A DNA stretch of 64,000 nucleotides, from the NCBI GenBank assembly GCA_963771175.1, contig CAVYSY010000040.1:418756-482755 (forward strand), written 5' to 3'. Both the position numbers and the translations under genes were made by a program. Under the pieces are notes generated by a model. It saw only the letters and a list, made by a program, of their open reading frames with translations. It searched no databases and was not told the origin of the DNA. This document shows positions 46,918 to 58,608 of this stretch, in pieces (position 1 is the stretch's first letter; each line of letters starts with the position of its first letter). The DNA comes from an uncultured delta proteobacterium. GTDB lineage: Bacteria; Myxococcota; Myxococcia; Myxococcales; Myxococcaceae.

Positions 46918-48736
46918 CTACAGGCCGAAGCTGATGCGGCGCGGCGCTCGGCGTCGTCGCGCCGCTCCTCCACCAGGCCCAGCAGCTCGAAGGCCCCGCA
47001 GCGCGGCCAGCACGTCTCGCTCGGGCAGGTCCGTGAGGGTGAGCAGGTCCTCCACCGTCTTGCTGCCGTCCGCGTAGGCGAGCAGCAGGGCCTGGCCGTC
47101 CGCTGCAGCTGGAACTCGTGCAGCCCGTAGGGCGGGTCGGCGGTGGGGAACAGCTTGCGCTCGGCGCGCATGCTGCTGGCGCAGGCGTCACCAGCGGCTC
47201 GGTGTGAGCATGCCCTCGAGGATGAGGTCCCCGGGGAAGACCGAGAGCCGCACCAGGTCCGCGCGCTGGCGGGCGCTGCGGGCTGAAGCCGTAGGCACCC
47301 TCGGTCCAGGAGAAGGTGGACCAGAGGATCTCCTTCACCTGTTGCTCAGGACGAGCTGCTGGCGCCGCTGCGGCGGTCATGAGGCCCAGGCGGATCATCG
47401 CCTCGCCGGTGCGCAGGCTCTGCTCGCGGGCGAGCGCGAGCACCTCCTGGAGGTCCGACTCGGGGACGCACGCCGCGGCGCACGCAGAAGCGGGCGAAGC
47501 GCTCGTGGGCGAGGTTGGAGGCCGCGTACACCGGGCGGCCGGCCTCGAAGTAGACGACCTTCAGCACGGTGCCGTGCTTCAGCTTCAGCTCACCGCCGTG
47601 GCGGGCCTCGTAGTAGGCGTTGAGCAGCCGGGGGACTGCCGTGGTGGCCAGGTCTCCCGAGAGCTGACCACTCGGGCGTGGAGCGATCCGGGCAGCGGAC
47701 GTGCGCCGTCTTGGTCCCACACCTTCTCGCGCTCGCCGAAGGGCAGGGGGAGTCCGGCGGCGGGCTCGGAGGCGCTGGCCGCCTGCTCGGCCGTGACCTC
47801 GGCTTCGTTGAGCTCCTCCAGCACCCCCAGCTCCTCGAGGTCCTCCGTCCCGACGGTGACGGGCGCGTCCTCCTGGAGGTCAGCGGACTCCGCCGCGGGC
47901 GGGACGAGCTCCTGCTGGGAGGACTCGGGCTCGTCCACGCCGGGCACGGGGGCCTCTCCGTGTGGATCCTCGTGCGGAGCGGGCGAGTCCTGCCTCGGCT
48001 CGGTGGGAGCGTCGTTCACGACAGGGGCGTGCACCTCCACGGCCGGAGCGGGCTCCTCCCGGCCGGAGGCGGGCTCCTCCTCGGCCAGGGCGTACTCTTC
48101 CTCGGCCGGGGCGGGCTCCTCCACGGCCGGAGCCGGGTTCTCCAGGGTCGGAGCGGGGAGCGGAGCCGGGGCCTCGTCCATCATGGGGGCCTGGACCTCC
48201 TCGACGAGCGCGAGCCCCTGCACGACAGGGGGCAGCTCCCGCGAGGGGGGACTGAAGACGGGCTCGTCCTCACTCTCGGAGGAGAAGAGGGGCTCGTCGT
48301 CCACGTCCAGGAGGGAGGCGTCCTGGAAGACGACCACCTCCTCGTCCTCGTCGGAAGGGGGAGGTGGCAGGGGGCGGTTGAGGCCGCAGAGCTCCTCGAC
48401 GGACTCCAGGAGTGGCAGGAGCTCGAAGGGCTTCTCGAAGAAGGCGCGCGCGCCGTGGACCTCGGTGGCCTCGCGGGCGAAGCGCTCCCCCTTGTAGACG
48501 CCGCTGACGGCGACGGCGGGGATGGCGTGCTCCCGGAGCGCGGACAGCACGGCGCTGCCGCGCATGTCGGGCAGCAGCAGGTCCACGATCGCGGCGTGGA
48601 AGGCCGCCGGACGCAGGAGTGCCAGCGCGGCTTCGCCGGTGTGGACGGCCTGGGCCTCATGACCGCGGCTCTCGGCAGCGGCGACCATGAGGGAGGCCAG
48701 TTCAGGATGATCCTCGACGATGAGCAGTCGCGCCAT
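46918..48736 (-). CDS. Response regulator with an acidic linker and a DUF4388/PatA-N-like domain (frameshifted)
   Basis: MARLLIVEDH...DLLLPD; SGDL...VPRLL...GELKL...KVVYFEAGRPVYAASN; ends RRISFGL*. Confidence 0.82.
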
Positions 48737-48764
48737 GGGGGGCGGGCACCATACCATTCCATCC

Positions 48765-49161
48765 ATGGACGTTCAGGGCTTCCACCATTTGGCCATCCAG
48801 GTCCGGGATGTAGAGAAGGTCACCGCTTTCTACCGGGAGGTGCTGGGCTTCTCTGAGCTCAAACGGCACTACCGGGCGGACGGCTCGTTACGCAGCGTCT
48901 GGGTCGAGGTGCCGGGCGGGGGCTTCCTCGCCCTGGAGGAGGTCACGGGCGAGCCCGAGCCCGGCCCCTTCCGGACCGAGCGACCCGGCCTGCTTCCTGC
49001 TCGCCTTCCGCATCCGTCCGGAGGCTCGGGCCCGAGCGGTGGAGGCCTTCGCCAGGGCGGGGGTGCCGCTGGAGAACGAGACCCGGTGGACGGTGTACGT
49101 CCGGGACCCCGAGGGGAACCGGGTGGCGCTGAGCCACCACCCGGAGGATCCGGTGTCCTGA
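48765..49161 (+). CDS. VOC/glyoxalase family protein (frameshifted)
   Basis: FHHLAIQVRDVE...FYREVLGF; VYVRDPEGNRVAL. Confidence 0.88.
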
Positions 49162-49228
49162 GGAGGGGGGAGCGGCTCCAGGCGCTTCTTGCGGAAGGCG
49201 ATGGGGGGCGGGTACAAGCCGTGCGGTC

Positions 49229-50564
49229 ATGCGCCTGGGCGAATTGCTCCTTCAAGAACAGCTCATCACTCCCGAGGCGCTGGAGGAGGCGCTCGAGTCG
49301 CAGGTCGTCCACGGCGGGCGGCTCGGGACGAACCTCGTCGAGCTGGGGCTGGTGTCCGAGCAGGACCTCGCGCGGGTGCTGGGCAAGCAGCACAACGTGG
49401 CGTTCGCCTCGGGCGAGATGCAGCCGGATCCGCGCGCGCTGGAGATGGTGGACCTCAACCAGGCGGACGAGAAGGACTTCCTGCCGATGCGGGTGGACGC
49501 CACGCGGATGAGCGTGGCGGTCATCAACCCCCACGATATCGAGACGCTGGACGCGCTGGCCTTCAAGACGGGCAAGCGCGTGGTGCCGGTGGTCATCCCC
49601 GAGTTCCGGATGAACCAGCTCCAGCGGCGCTACGCGAAGGCGTTCCGTGCGATGCGAGCCATCGACATGAACGTCGTGCGGCCCACGCGCAAGCAGCAGG
49701 AGGAGCAGAAGGCGGCGGCGAAGGTCGAGGACCTGATGAGCGAGGAGGAGTTCCAGTCGCTCTACGCCCAGGCGCTCACCGGAGGGGGCTCGGAGGCGGA
49801 AGCGGAGCAGGTGCTGGAGCTCGTGGAGGCGGCGGAGGAGGTGGTGCCCGCCCCCATCGTTCAGGGGTACGTGCCCGAGGTGCCGCAGGTGGCCGCGCCC
49901 CGCGTGCCGGCTCCGCCGCACATGCCCGAGGCGCCGGTGGTGCAGGGACGCCCATCGAGGTTCCGCCCCCGGTCCCCGACGAGGCGCTGCCGGTCGCCCC
50001 CGTGGCGCGGCGGGTGCCGGTCGCGGCGCCCCGGTCTCCGGTGGTAGCGGCTCCGGAGCCGCCGCCCTCGCCGCTCACCTTCGCCGAGGCGCAGGCGGAG
50101 CTCGTCCCGCAGCTCGGATCGCGAGGAGGTGGCGACGACGGTGCTGCGCTTCGCGCTGGGCAAGTGGAAGCGCTGCCTGCTGCTGTAGCGTGCAGGGCAG
50201 ATCTGGTGACGGGCTGGCACGAGGCATGGGGCAGGGCGTGCGCGAGGCGGCGGTGAAGCGCATCGGCATCGGCCTGCAGGCGCCGAGCACCTTCCGGCTG
50301 GTGCGCGACACGCGCTCGCACTTCGTGGGGCCGGTGCGCGCGGGACGCCGCGGCGGCCGTCTTCTACAAGCTGCTGGGAGGCGGGGACACCCGACGACGG
50401 CGGTCATCCTCCCGCTGCTGGTGCGCGGCAAGGTGGTGCACATGCTGTACGTGGACAACGGGCCCGGCCAGCTCACCCCGCCGGACGTGGGCGAGCTGCT
50501 CATCCTCTCGCAGAGCGTGGGTCGCTCGTACGAGGCGATGATCCGCCGCCGCAAGAGCGCGTGA
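49229..50564 (+). CDS. MshEN (T2SSE_N) domain protein without an ATPase domain (frameshifted)
   Basis: Tandem RLGELLLQEQLITPEALEEALESQ / RLGTNLVELGLVSEQDLARVLGKQ; GAF-like C-terminus LPLLVRGKVVHMLYVDNG. Confidence 0.85.
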
Positions 50565-50618
50565 GCTGTGCGGCGCTGTACGAATCCTCTGACACCCTCG
50601 ATGTGGTACGAGCGTGCC

Positions 50619-52020
50619 ATGTCGAACTCCTCTTCCGCGCGCCCTCTTGCCGTGCTGGTAGGCGTCCAGCTCCCCGGCGTCTCGGACACCGAGCACGCCG
50701 CCGACCTCGCCGAGCTCGGGCGACTGGTGCACACCCTCGGCTACGAGGTCGTCGCGACCGTGACCCAGCGCCGCGAGCGGCGTCGCGGCGGGGACGGTCC
50801 TCGGCGACCGGAAAGCTCAAGGAGCTGGCCGAGCTCACCGGCGGCAGCGGCGTCGTGCCTTCGGGGGCGCAGGAGCGCAAGTCGAAGGCTCGCGAGCGCT
50901 GGGAGGCCGAAGAGGAAGAGACGGCGGAGGAGGCGGCGGAAGAGGAGGGCCCCGTGGAGGAGCCGGCAGCCGAGGCCGGCGAGGCGCCAGCCGCGGCGAG
51001 GCCCACGGTGGTGGTGGTCGACCACGAGCTCTCGCCCAGCCAGGCGCGCAACCTCGAGCGGGCCACCGGCGCACAGGTGCTCGACCGCACCGGCGTCATC
51101 GTGGAGATCTTCCACCGCCACGCGCGCAGCCGCGAGGCGAAGCTGCAGGTCGAGATCGCGCGGCTCAACTACGTCGCCCCGCGCCTGCGCGAGTCGACCG
51201 GGAAGCCGCGAGCGCGCAGCACGGCCAGGGCGCCGGCGAGTCGGCGCTCGAGCTCGATCGCCGCAAGATCCGCGACCGCATCGCCGAGCTGCGCGAGGAG
51301 CTCGCGGCCATCCAGCAGGACCAGGATCACCGGCGCTACGCCCGGAGGGACCAGCTCCGGGTGGCGCTGGTCGGCTACACCAACGCCGGCAAGTCCTCGC
51401 TGATGCGCGCCCTGACCGGCAGCGAGGTGCTGGTCGCCGACAAGCTCTTCGCCACCCTCGACACCACGGTGCGCGCGCTGCAGCCGGAGACCCAGCCGCG
51501 GGTGCTCGTCTCGGACACGGTCGGCTTCATCAAGAAGCTGCCGCACGATCTCGTGGCCTCCTTCCGCTCGACGCTCGACGAGGCGCTCGAGGCCTCGCTG
51601 CTGCTCTACGTGGTGGATGCCTCCGACCCGACCTGCGAGGCCCAGCTCGAGGTCACCCGCGGCGTGCTCCGCGAGATCGGCGCCGCAGAGCGTGCCCGAG
51701 CAGGCTGCTGTTCAACAAGGCCGACCGGCTCTCTCCCGAGGCGCGGCAGGCCCTGCGCCAGCAGCATCCCGAGGCCATGCTCCTCTCGGCGCACTCGCCG
51801 GAGGACGTCGCGGCGCTCCGGCAGGACGATCATCGACTTCTTCGAGGCCTCGATGGTCGAGGCGGACCTGGTGATTCCCTACGCCCGGCAGGCGCGCATC
51901 GGCGAGGTCTACGAGCATGCCCGGGTCATCTCCGAGGCCTTCGACGAGAGCGGCCGGCGGCTGAAGGTCCGGGCGCTTCCGGCGGCGATGGCCAGGTTGA
52001 CCCGCGCCTTCGAGACGTGA
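50619..52020 (+). CDS. hflX: GTPase HflX (frameshifted)
   Basis: LSPSQARNLE...DRTGVIVEIF..HARSREAKLQVE; VALVGYTNAGKSS; LFATLDTT; DTVGFI; NKAD. Confidence 0.93.
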
Positions 52021-53380
52021 GCCCGAGCGCCGCCCGGCACGTCTTCGTGTAGAGGTCGCGGAAGAGGTTGTTCGGGTCGGTGAGCTGTTTGACGGCCTGG
52101 TAGGTGTCCTTGTTCCAGATGCTCCAGAACGTCTGCTCGTCGTAGTAGTTGTACGAGATGAGCGTCTTGGTGCCGTTGACCCCCGCAGCTCGTCCTCGAA
52201 CTCCTTGTAGAGGTTGCGGCCCGGCTGCTGCTTGAGCCCGTAGACCGCGAGGTCGAGGAACAGCGGATCGTTCACGCCGGACCACCAGCGGGACGAGAGC
52301 CACTCGTAATCGTGCATTCGCCGGTAGGGCACGCACCACACCGGGTAGAAGTGCAGCTCGCGGTGGTACCAGTCCATGAACTCGGCCGTGCGCGAGAAGG
52401 GGACGAACACGTCCACGATGACCGGCGGGTTCTTCTCGGCAGGAAGCGGTGGAAGCGTTCCGCCGCCCTCAGCACGCTGTCCGAGTGCACCAGCTTGCCG
52501 AACAGCGCCCGGCCGACGAGGCTCTTCGGCGAGACGTGCGTGACGCCCCGGTCGTAGCGGAAGAGGTAGTCGTACGTCGTGAGGTAGTCCTCGGCGCGCT
52601 CGGGATGCTCTCGCAGTACGCCTTCAGCCAGTCGTAGCGGCTCGTGTACGGGGCGCGCTCCATGAAGCGGCCCACGCACAGCACGTGCTTCGTGGGCGAG
52701 AAGATCTGCCCGTCCATGTAGTCCACGTCCTGCGCCGTGAAGTGGCGCCAGATGGCCTGCTGGAAGGCCTCGAGCGTGGCGTAGGTCTCGTACGTCACGT
52801 GCACGTAGGGCGCCGCGCGCACGAGCTTGAACTTCAGCTTCGACAGGATGCCGAGCGTCCCGAACGAGCCGTGGATCATCTGGAACACGAGCGGGTTCTC
52901 CGTCGGGGTGCAGCGCAGCACGTCGCCCTTCGCGGTGATGAGCTCGTACTCGAGGCACGTGTCGTGGAAGCCGCCGTGCTGGAAGGACATCGACTCGATG
53001 GAGCAGCCCGCGACCGCGCCCCCGAGGGTGATGGTCTTGTGCTCGGGGACGATGATGGGCACGAGCCCGTAGCGCATCGTCGCGCGCACCAGCTCGTCGA
53101 AGGTGACCGCGGGCTCGGCCGTGCAGGTCGTCGCCACGGGGTCGATCTCGAGGATCTCGTCGAGGTCGCTCAGGTCGATCTTCTCGTCGGTGCGCCGCTG
53201 GTCGTAGCGCTTGGGGACCTGGTGTGGCGGCGTCTTCTTCTTGAGGGACACGGGCCGCGTGCTCGTCCGCTGCCGCAGTTGCCGCGCGATCCTCTCGACC
53301 TTCGCCGCGTGACGCGCATCGTGCCTCGCGGGTTCCTCGGGCGAGCGCGCGCGAGGAGCAGACTCTCGTTTGCATTGCAT
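51926..53380 (-). CDS. FAD-binding oxidoreductase, Delta24-sterol reductase (DHCR24)-like (frameshifted; 3' end uncertain)
   Basis: TITLGGAVAGCSIESMSFQHGGFHDTCLEYELIT; GSFGTLGI; DYLFRYDRG; DPNNLFRDLYTKT. Confidence 0.8.
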
Positions 53381-54342
53381 TCCTCCGCTCCCAGAGGGCT
53401 GGGGAAGCCGCGGGCGCCCGGTGGGTCAGGCCCGCGGAGTAGACCTTCGCCGGGCCACAGGACGCATTGCCGTACGCGGTTGGGAAGGTTCAGAGACACG
53501 GTTCATGCCCTTCGTCGCCCGCCTGCTCTCATGGGGAGTATGCTGGACCGGATCTCGACGAGCTTAATCAAGCGGGTACGGTGGTTTTTCGTGGTGTGGA
53601 TCGCTTGGGGGGTGCGTGCCTGCCAGACTCCCTCCAGGTGTTTTACGCCTCTATTCTGAAAACCCTCCCGAGAGCTTGAGGGCCCCATGCGAGACTTCGG
53701 GTCGTTCGATTCGTCCTGGGACGCGATTCTCGCGGCTTGCCCGGTGATTCGTCACAGCCCCGAGCAACCGCCGGTGATCGGGAGGACATGCGGCTTCGGT
53801 TCGTCCTGGAGAGCCTGCAACCGAGTATTGCGCATGGCTGTACTACACACCAGATGACAAATTGAACGGAGCATGCTGGCTGCAGAGCTCTGTTACTACT
53901 CCTCCAGATGAGCAGGGCGAGAGAGGTCCCGGACATGCCCGCTTTCGTGGATGACAAGCGAGACCCGCCACGAGTCCTCGGAGAGGACGTCTGACGTCCT
54001 CCACAACCACCCCGCCGCCCCACCGAGCTTTCCGAGAAAGGACATCGCCGCCATTGCCAAAGTGGCGAGAATTCATGGCGAGTTCGTTGAAACGAAGGAA
54101 GGGTAGATTTCTCGTGGCATCGTCGCGCTTCTTCTCCAGCACTCCGCTATGCTTCGAACCCCACCGCATGCGATGGCTTTTTCGAAGACAGCATGGGAAG
54201 CAAGAAGGCGGCGAAGTGGATACTGACGAGCACAGTGGCAAGTGGCGCCGGGAGAAGGCTGGCACCGTTACCTGGATCAGCAAGACGGAGTTTCCAGTCT
54301 CGACCCGAAATAGGATGGTGCCTGCCGGAACGCGTGTGAAGG

Positions 54343-54974
54343 GTGCTCCATGAGGAAGAAAACCTGACCCTTGGGCTGGCTGTCATCCTCGCCAGTTGCG
54401 CGCTGTCTCAGCGCCCGGTGCCGGTGGAGGACGACAGATTCGATTGTCTTCCCAAGATTCTTCGAGCACTCCGCTGTCGAGGTTGGCGCGGGCGGTGCGG
54501 CATACGAGCTGGACGGCGTGGTTCTTCGAGCCGTCATGATCGCCGCCAATGACTTCCTACCCCCTGGCTCCAGGAAACGGCCGTGTGTGGAGACGCAGGA
54601 GGCACATCGCTATCGAGTCATTCGTCAGGGCAACATCATCTTCGTTCGAATCGATCGAGAACCTTGAGTTCTGCGGGTTGCAGTATGTGTCATTGGATAC
54701 GGGAGTGACCTACGCCATCAGCGAGGAGGGGCGCATCCTCCGGCGCGTATTCGAGGGTCAACCTGACCAGCCTCTTTACGCGGAACCGCCTGATGCCGGG
54801 CGACAGGGCAGCCCGACGACATCGGGCGAGTCTCCTGCCGTTGATGCCGGCCAGAGCGTGCCGTCGCGCTCACTAGGCGCCAGAGGAGCAGGACGGGGCG
54901 CTCCTTCGTCAGGTCCGATGCCCCCTCCTGCCGCGCCTGCAATCACGGATGGTGGTACTCCGGGAGTGCCGTAG
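54343..54974 (+). CDS. Myxobacterial hypothetical lipoprotein (frameshifted or decaying)
   Basis: Lipobox ILASC; LDGVVLRAVMIAANDFLPP...C...YRVIRQGNIIFVRI...C...YAISEEGRILRR across three frames. Confidence 0.7.
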
Positions 54975-54986
54975 ACGCGTTGGCGT

Positions 54987-57107
54987 TCACGGCTCCTCGT
55001 AGGCCACGTCGAACGTCACCTTCTGGCGGGGCTGCAGCCGGAAGGACTTCTCCCAGCGAGCCTTGCCGGTGGTGACGACGAGCTGGTGCTCGCCCTCGAA
55101 CAGAGAGAGCTTCGGGCCCGCCTTGCGGCCGTTGAGGAAGATGCGCGAGCCCGCCGGGGCCTTGACCAGCACGGTGCCCCTGCCGAGGAGGATGCGCTGC
55201 TTCGTCGTGCCCTGGGGGCGAACGGTGACGGCGCGAGTCGTCTTCACGCCCTTGGTGGGGTTGCTCAGCTCCAGCATGTACGGGCCAGGCGCGAGCGGTA
55301 CGGCCAGCGGCGTGCGGCCGAGCCGCTTGCCATCGAGGGACACGTCCACCGGCGGCATCACGACGAGCTGGAGCTTCGTCGTCACCGCCGCCTGCTCGGT
55401 GGAGGGCGCCGGGGGGGCGTCCTTGCTCCCTGCGGTGGGAGGCACGGCGGGGGCCGTACCCGAGGCGGGCGCCACGGAGCCCCCCGGAGAGGAAGGCGCC
55501 GAGCCACTGGCGAGCACCACGGCCGGAGCCGTGCCCGCGTCACCGCCCGGAGCGGCGGCCACGTTCGTGCCCCATCACCGTGCCGAGCTTCGCGGTGGCC
55601 GGCCCGCCGTCACTCCCGCATCTCCCTTCGGGGCGAGCGCGAGTCCCCCGGCATTCGCCGGGACCGCGGGCGGAGTCTGGGTGGCCCGGGGTGGAGTGGG
55701 CGAGGCCTGCGCGCCGGCGGCCATGTCCGGGTCCGCGGGCTCCGTGCTGGCCTGCTGACGCTCGTTCCACACGAAGAAGCCAGCGGCGGCGGCGGCGGTG
55801 GCCAGCGCTCCCACGATGAGCGGAACGCGCGAGCGCTGCTTCTTGGGCGGGCTCTCGTCTTCCACCTCCTCCGGCTCGATTTCCTCCGGCTCCTCGTGAC
55901 GAGGCGGACGGGCCTCCTCCGGAGGCGCGAGGGGGCGGGCTACTCCGGGACGGGCGTGCCGGCCAGTCAGCTCCAGCACCGTGTCGATGGCATTCGCGTC
56001 TTCCTCCTGGAGAGCGACATCCAACGGGATGTCGTCCAGGTCCACGGGCTCGGCGGAGGCGACGGGAGGCGCCTCACCGGAGGGCCGCACGGGCGCGACG
56101 GAGGCGGTGCTGCCCGAGGGGCTCGCGGGGAAGGGCGCGGGCTGCACGGCCGGAAACCCCGTGCCCGAGACGCGGCGACTCACGTCCGCGAGGCCGATCT
56201 CCAGCATCTGGCGCCGGGTGGCGCGCGCGTCGCGGTCGGGCGGGAAGAGGGTGGAAAGGAACTCGGAGAAGGTCTCCGCGGAGGGCAGGCCCTGGACGGC
56301 GGCCACCACGGCCTCACGGAACTCGAGGGCGGTGGAGTAGCGCTCGTTGGCGCGCTTGGCGGTGGCGCGCTCGCACCACCTCGGCGAGCGCGCGAGGGAC
56401 GTCCGAGGGCAGGGCCGGCAGCGGGCGGTTGATGATGGCCTGATCGGGGTCCTGCGCGTCCTGGAAGGGCACGCGCCCCGAGAGGCACTCGTAGAGCAGC
56501 AGGCCCAGGAGGAACACGTCGGTGGCGGGCGCCCATGGCCTCGCGACCGCCGATGAGCTGCTCGGGGGCGCTGTAGTTGCGCCGGTTGCGCCACGCGGCG
56601 GCCGTTGCGCTCGCGGGGGGCGACGCTCAGGGCGCCATAGCCCGTCACCTTGCACACGCCGTCGAAGGAGACCATCACCGTCTCCGGGCGCAGGTCTCCG
56701 TGCACGAGCGGCGTGCCGTCATCGTTGCCGGCCAGGTGGGCGTAGTGGACGCCCATGGCCACGTCCGAGGCGATCAGCGCGGCGAAGGCGGGCGGAATGC
56801 GCGGGCGCACCTCCAACATCCGGCGCAGCGACTCGCCATCGGCGAACTCGGTGACGCGGGCGAGGCCGGCCTCCAGGGACACCAGTCCGTGGACGCGCAG
56901 GATGTTGGGGTGCTCCAGCACGGAGGCGCGTTGCGTCTCACGCTGCAGCCCGGCGGACAGCTCTGCATCCTGAGCCACCTCGGGGGGCGCCCACACCAGC
57001 ACCACCGGACGGGGAGCAACTCCCTCCTCGAGCGCCAGCCCGAGGAAGGCGCGGGAACCCTCGCCCGCGAGCAGCGGGCCGAGAGGCTGATAGCGAACCT
57101 GACTCAT
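54987..57107 (-). CDS. Ser/Thr kinase-like membrane protein with a PEGA domain; probable pseudokinase (frameshifted)
   Basis: LEHPNILRV, TEFADGESL, VHGDLRPE, DVFLLG; TM helix; VSLDGKRLGRTP PEGA motif. Confidence 0.82.
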
Positions 57108-57157
57108 TGGGGCCCCATGCTAGAGGCCCCGGCCGGAGGATCGCTAGATCCCCATCC

Positions 57158-58478
57158 CTAGAAAGGCAGGGTGACGTGGTACCTGTAGCGCCCGCGCTGC
57201 ACGAGCAGCAGGACGCTCCGGGAGCCCCGGGCGCTCAGGAGCGCCTCCTGGAAGGAGGCTGGCTCGGCGACCGGCTGGTTGTTGACCCGGGAGATGCAGA
57301 TCCCCGGGCTCCAGCCCCACCTCGTCGGCCACGGAGCCGGGGCGAACGGCCTGGATGGACATGGCGCCGCGCACCGGCTTCACCCGGAGTCCCAGCCGGT
57401 TCCAGGCGAGGGCCTCGATGAGCTGGGGCGGGAACTCCACGGGCGTCACCTGGAGGGTGCGCTGCCCGCCCTCGCGGAAGACGACGAGCGGGAAGGCGGC
57501 CCGAGCGGGGTAGCCGCGGGCGCGGGTGACGTAGTCCTCGGCGTCGGAGATGCGCGAGCCGCCCATCTCGGCCAGCACGTCGCCGCGGCGGATACCGGCC
57601 TGGTCGGCGGGGCTGCCCGGCTCCACGTCGCTGACGACGGCGCCGTAGGTCCGGTCCCACCCGAGCTGCCGGGCGAGTCGCGGCGACAGGTCCTGCGCTT
57701 CAATCCCCACCCAGGCCGGGCGCACCTTCCCGAAGCGGGTGAGCTCGTCGACGATGCGGCGCACCTTGTCGGCGGGGATGGCGAAGCCGATGCCCTGGGC
57801 GCTGGCGAAGATGGCGGTGTTGATGCCGATGACGTCCCCGTCCACGTTGAGCAGCGGCCCGCCCGAGTTGCCCGGGTTGATGGCCGCGTCCGTCTGGATG
57901 AAGTCGTTGTAGGTGCGCCCGTCCGCCTTGAAGGTGCGGCCGGTGGCGCTCACCACGCCCGACGTCACCGTCTTGCTCAGGCCGAAGGGGCTGCCGATGG
58001 CCACCACCGTCTCGCCGATCATCAGGTCCGAGCTGGTGCCCAGCTTCGCGGCGGGCAGGGGCTGCTTGGAGCTGACCTTGAGCACGGCCAGGTCGTTGTC
58101 GGCGTCGCTGCCGATGACGTCGGCTTCCAGCTCGCGCCCGTCGGCCAGCACCACGTGGATGGCGGAGGCTCCGCGGATGACGTGGTCGTTGGTGATGATG
58201 ATGCCGTTGGGATCCACGATGACGCCGCTGCCCAGGCCCTGCTGGCGCTGCCTCTGCGGGGGCACGCCGAAGAACTCCTCCATCGGCGAGCGGCGGCCCC
58301 GGAAGGGCGACTCCGCTTCGCTCTCGGTGCCGATGAAGACGACCGCGGGGGAGACCTTCTGGACCACCTCCACTATCTCATTGCGGCGTCGGGCCTGATC
58401 GGCGCGGGCGCTGGTGCCCTGGGTGAAGGCGAGCATCACCGCGAGCAGCAGTCCCCACCGGCTCACTGGGTTCTTCAC
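57158..58478 (-). CDS. DegP/HtrA-family trypsin-like serine protease with PDZ domains (frameshift near the 3' end)
   Basis: GSGVIV, TNDHV, DLAVLK, IQTDAAINPGNSGGPL; two PDZ domains. Confidence 0.93.
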
Positions 58479-58608
58479 GTCAAGTCCTCCCTCTGTGCGG
58501 TTGCAATGTCGGGTACGAGACGTCCTGAATGTCGGGAACCGCGCAGCATTTCCGACATTCCCGAGGACCGGTCTGGACGCGCCGCACCGGGTTGAATGGA
58601 ATGCACCC

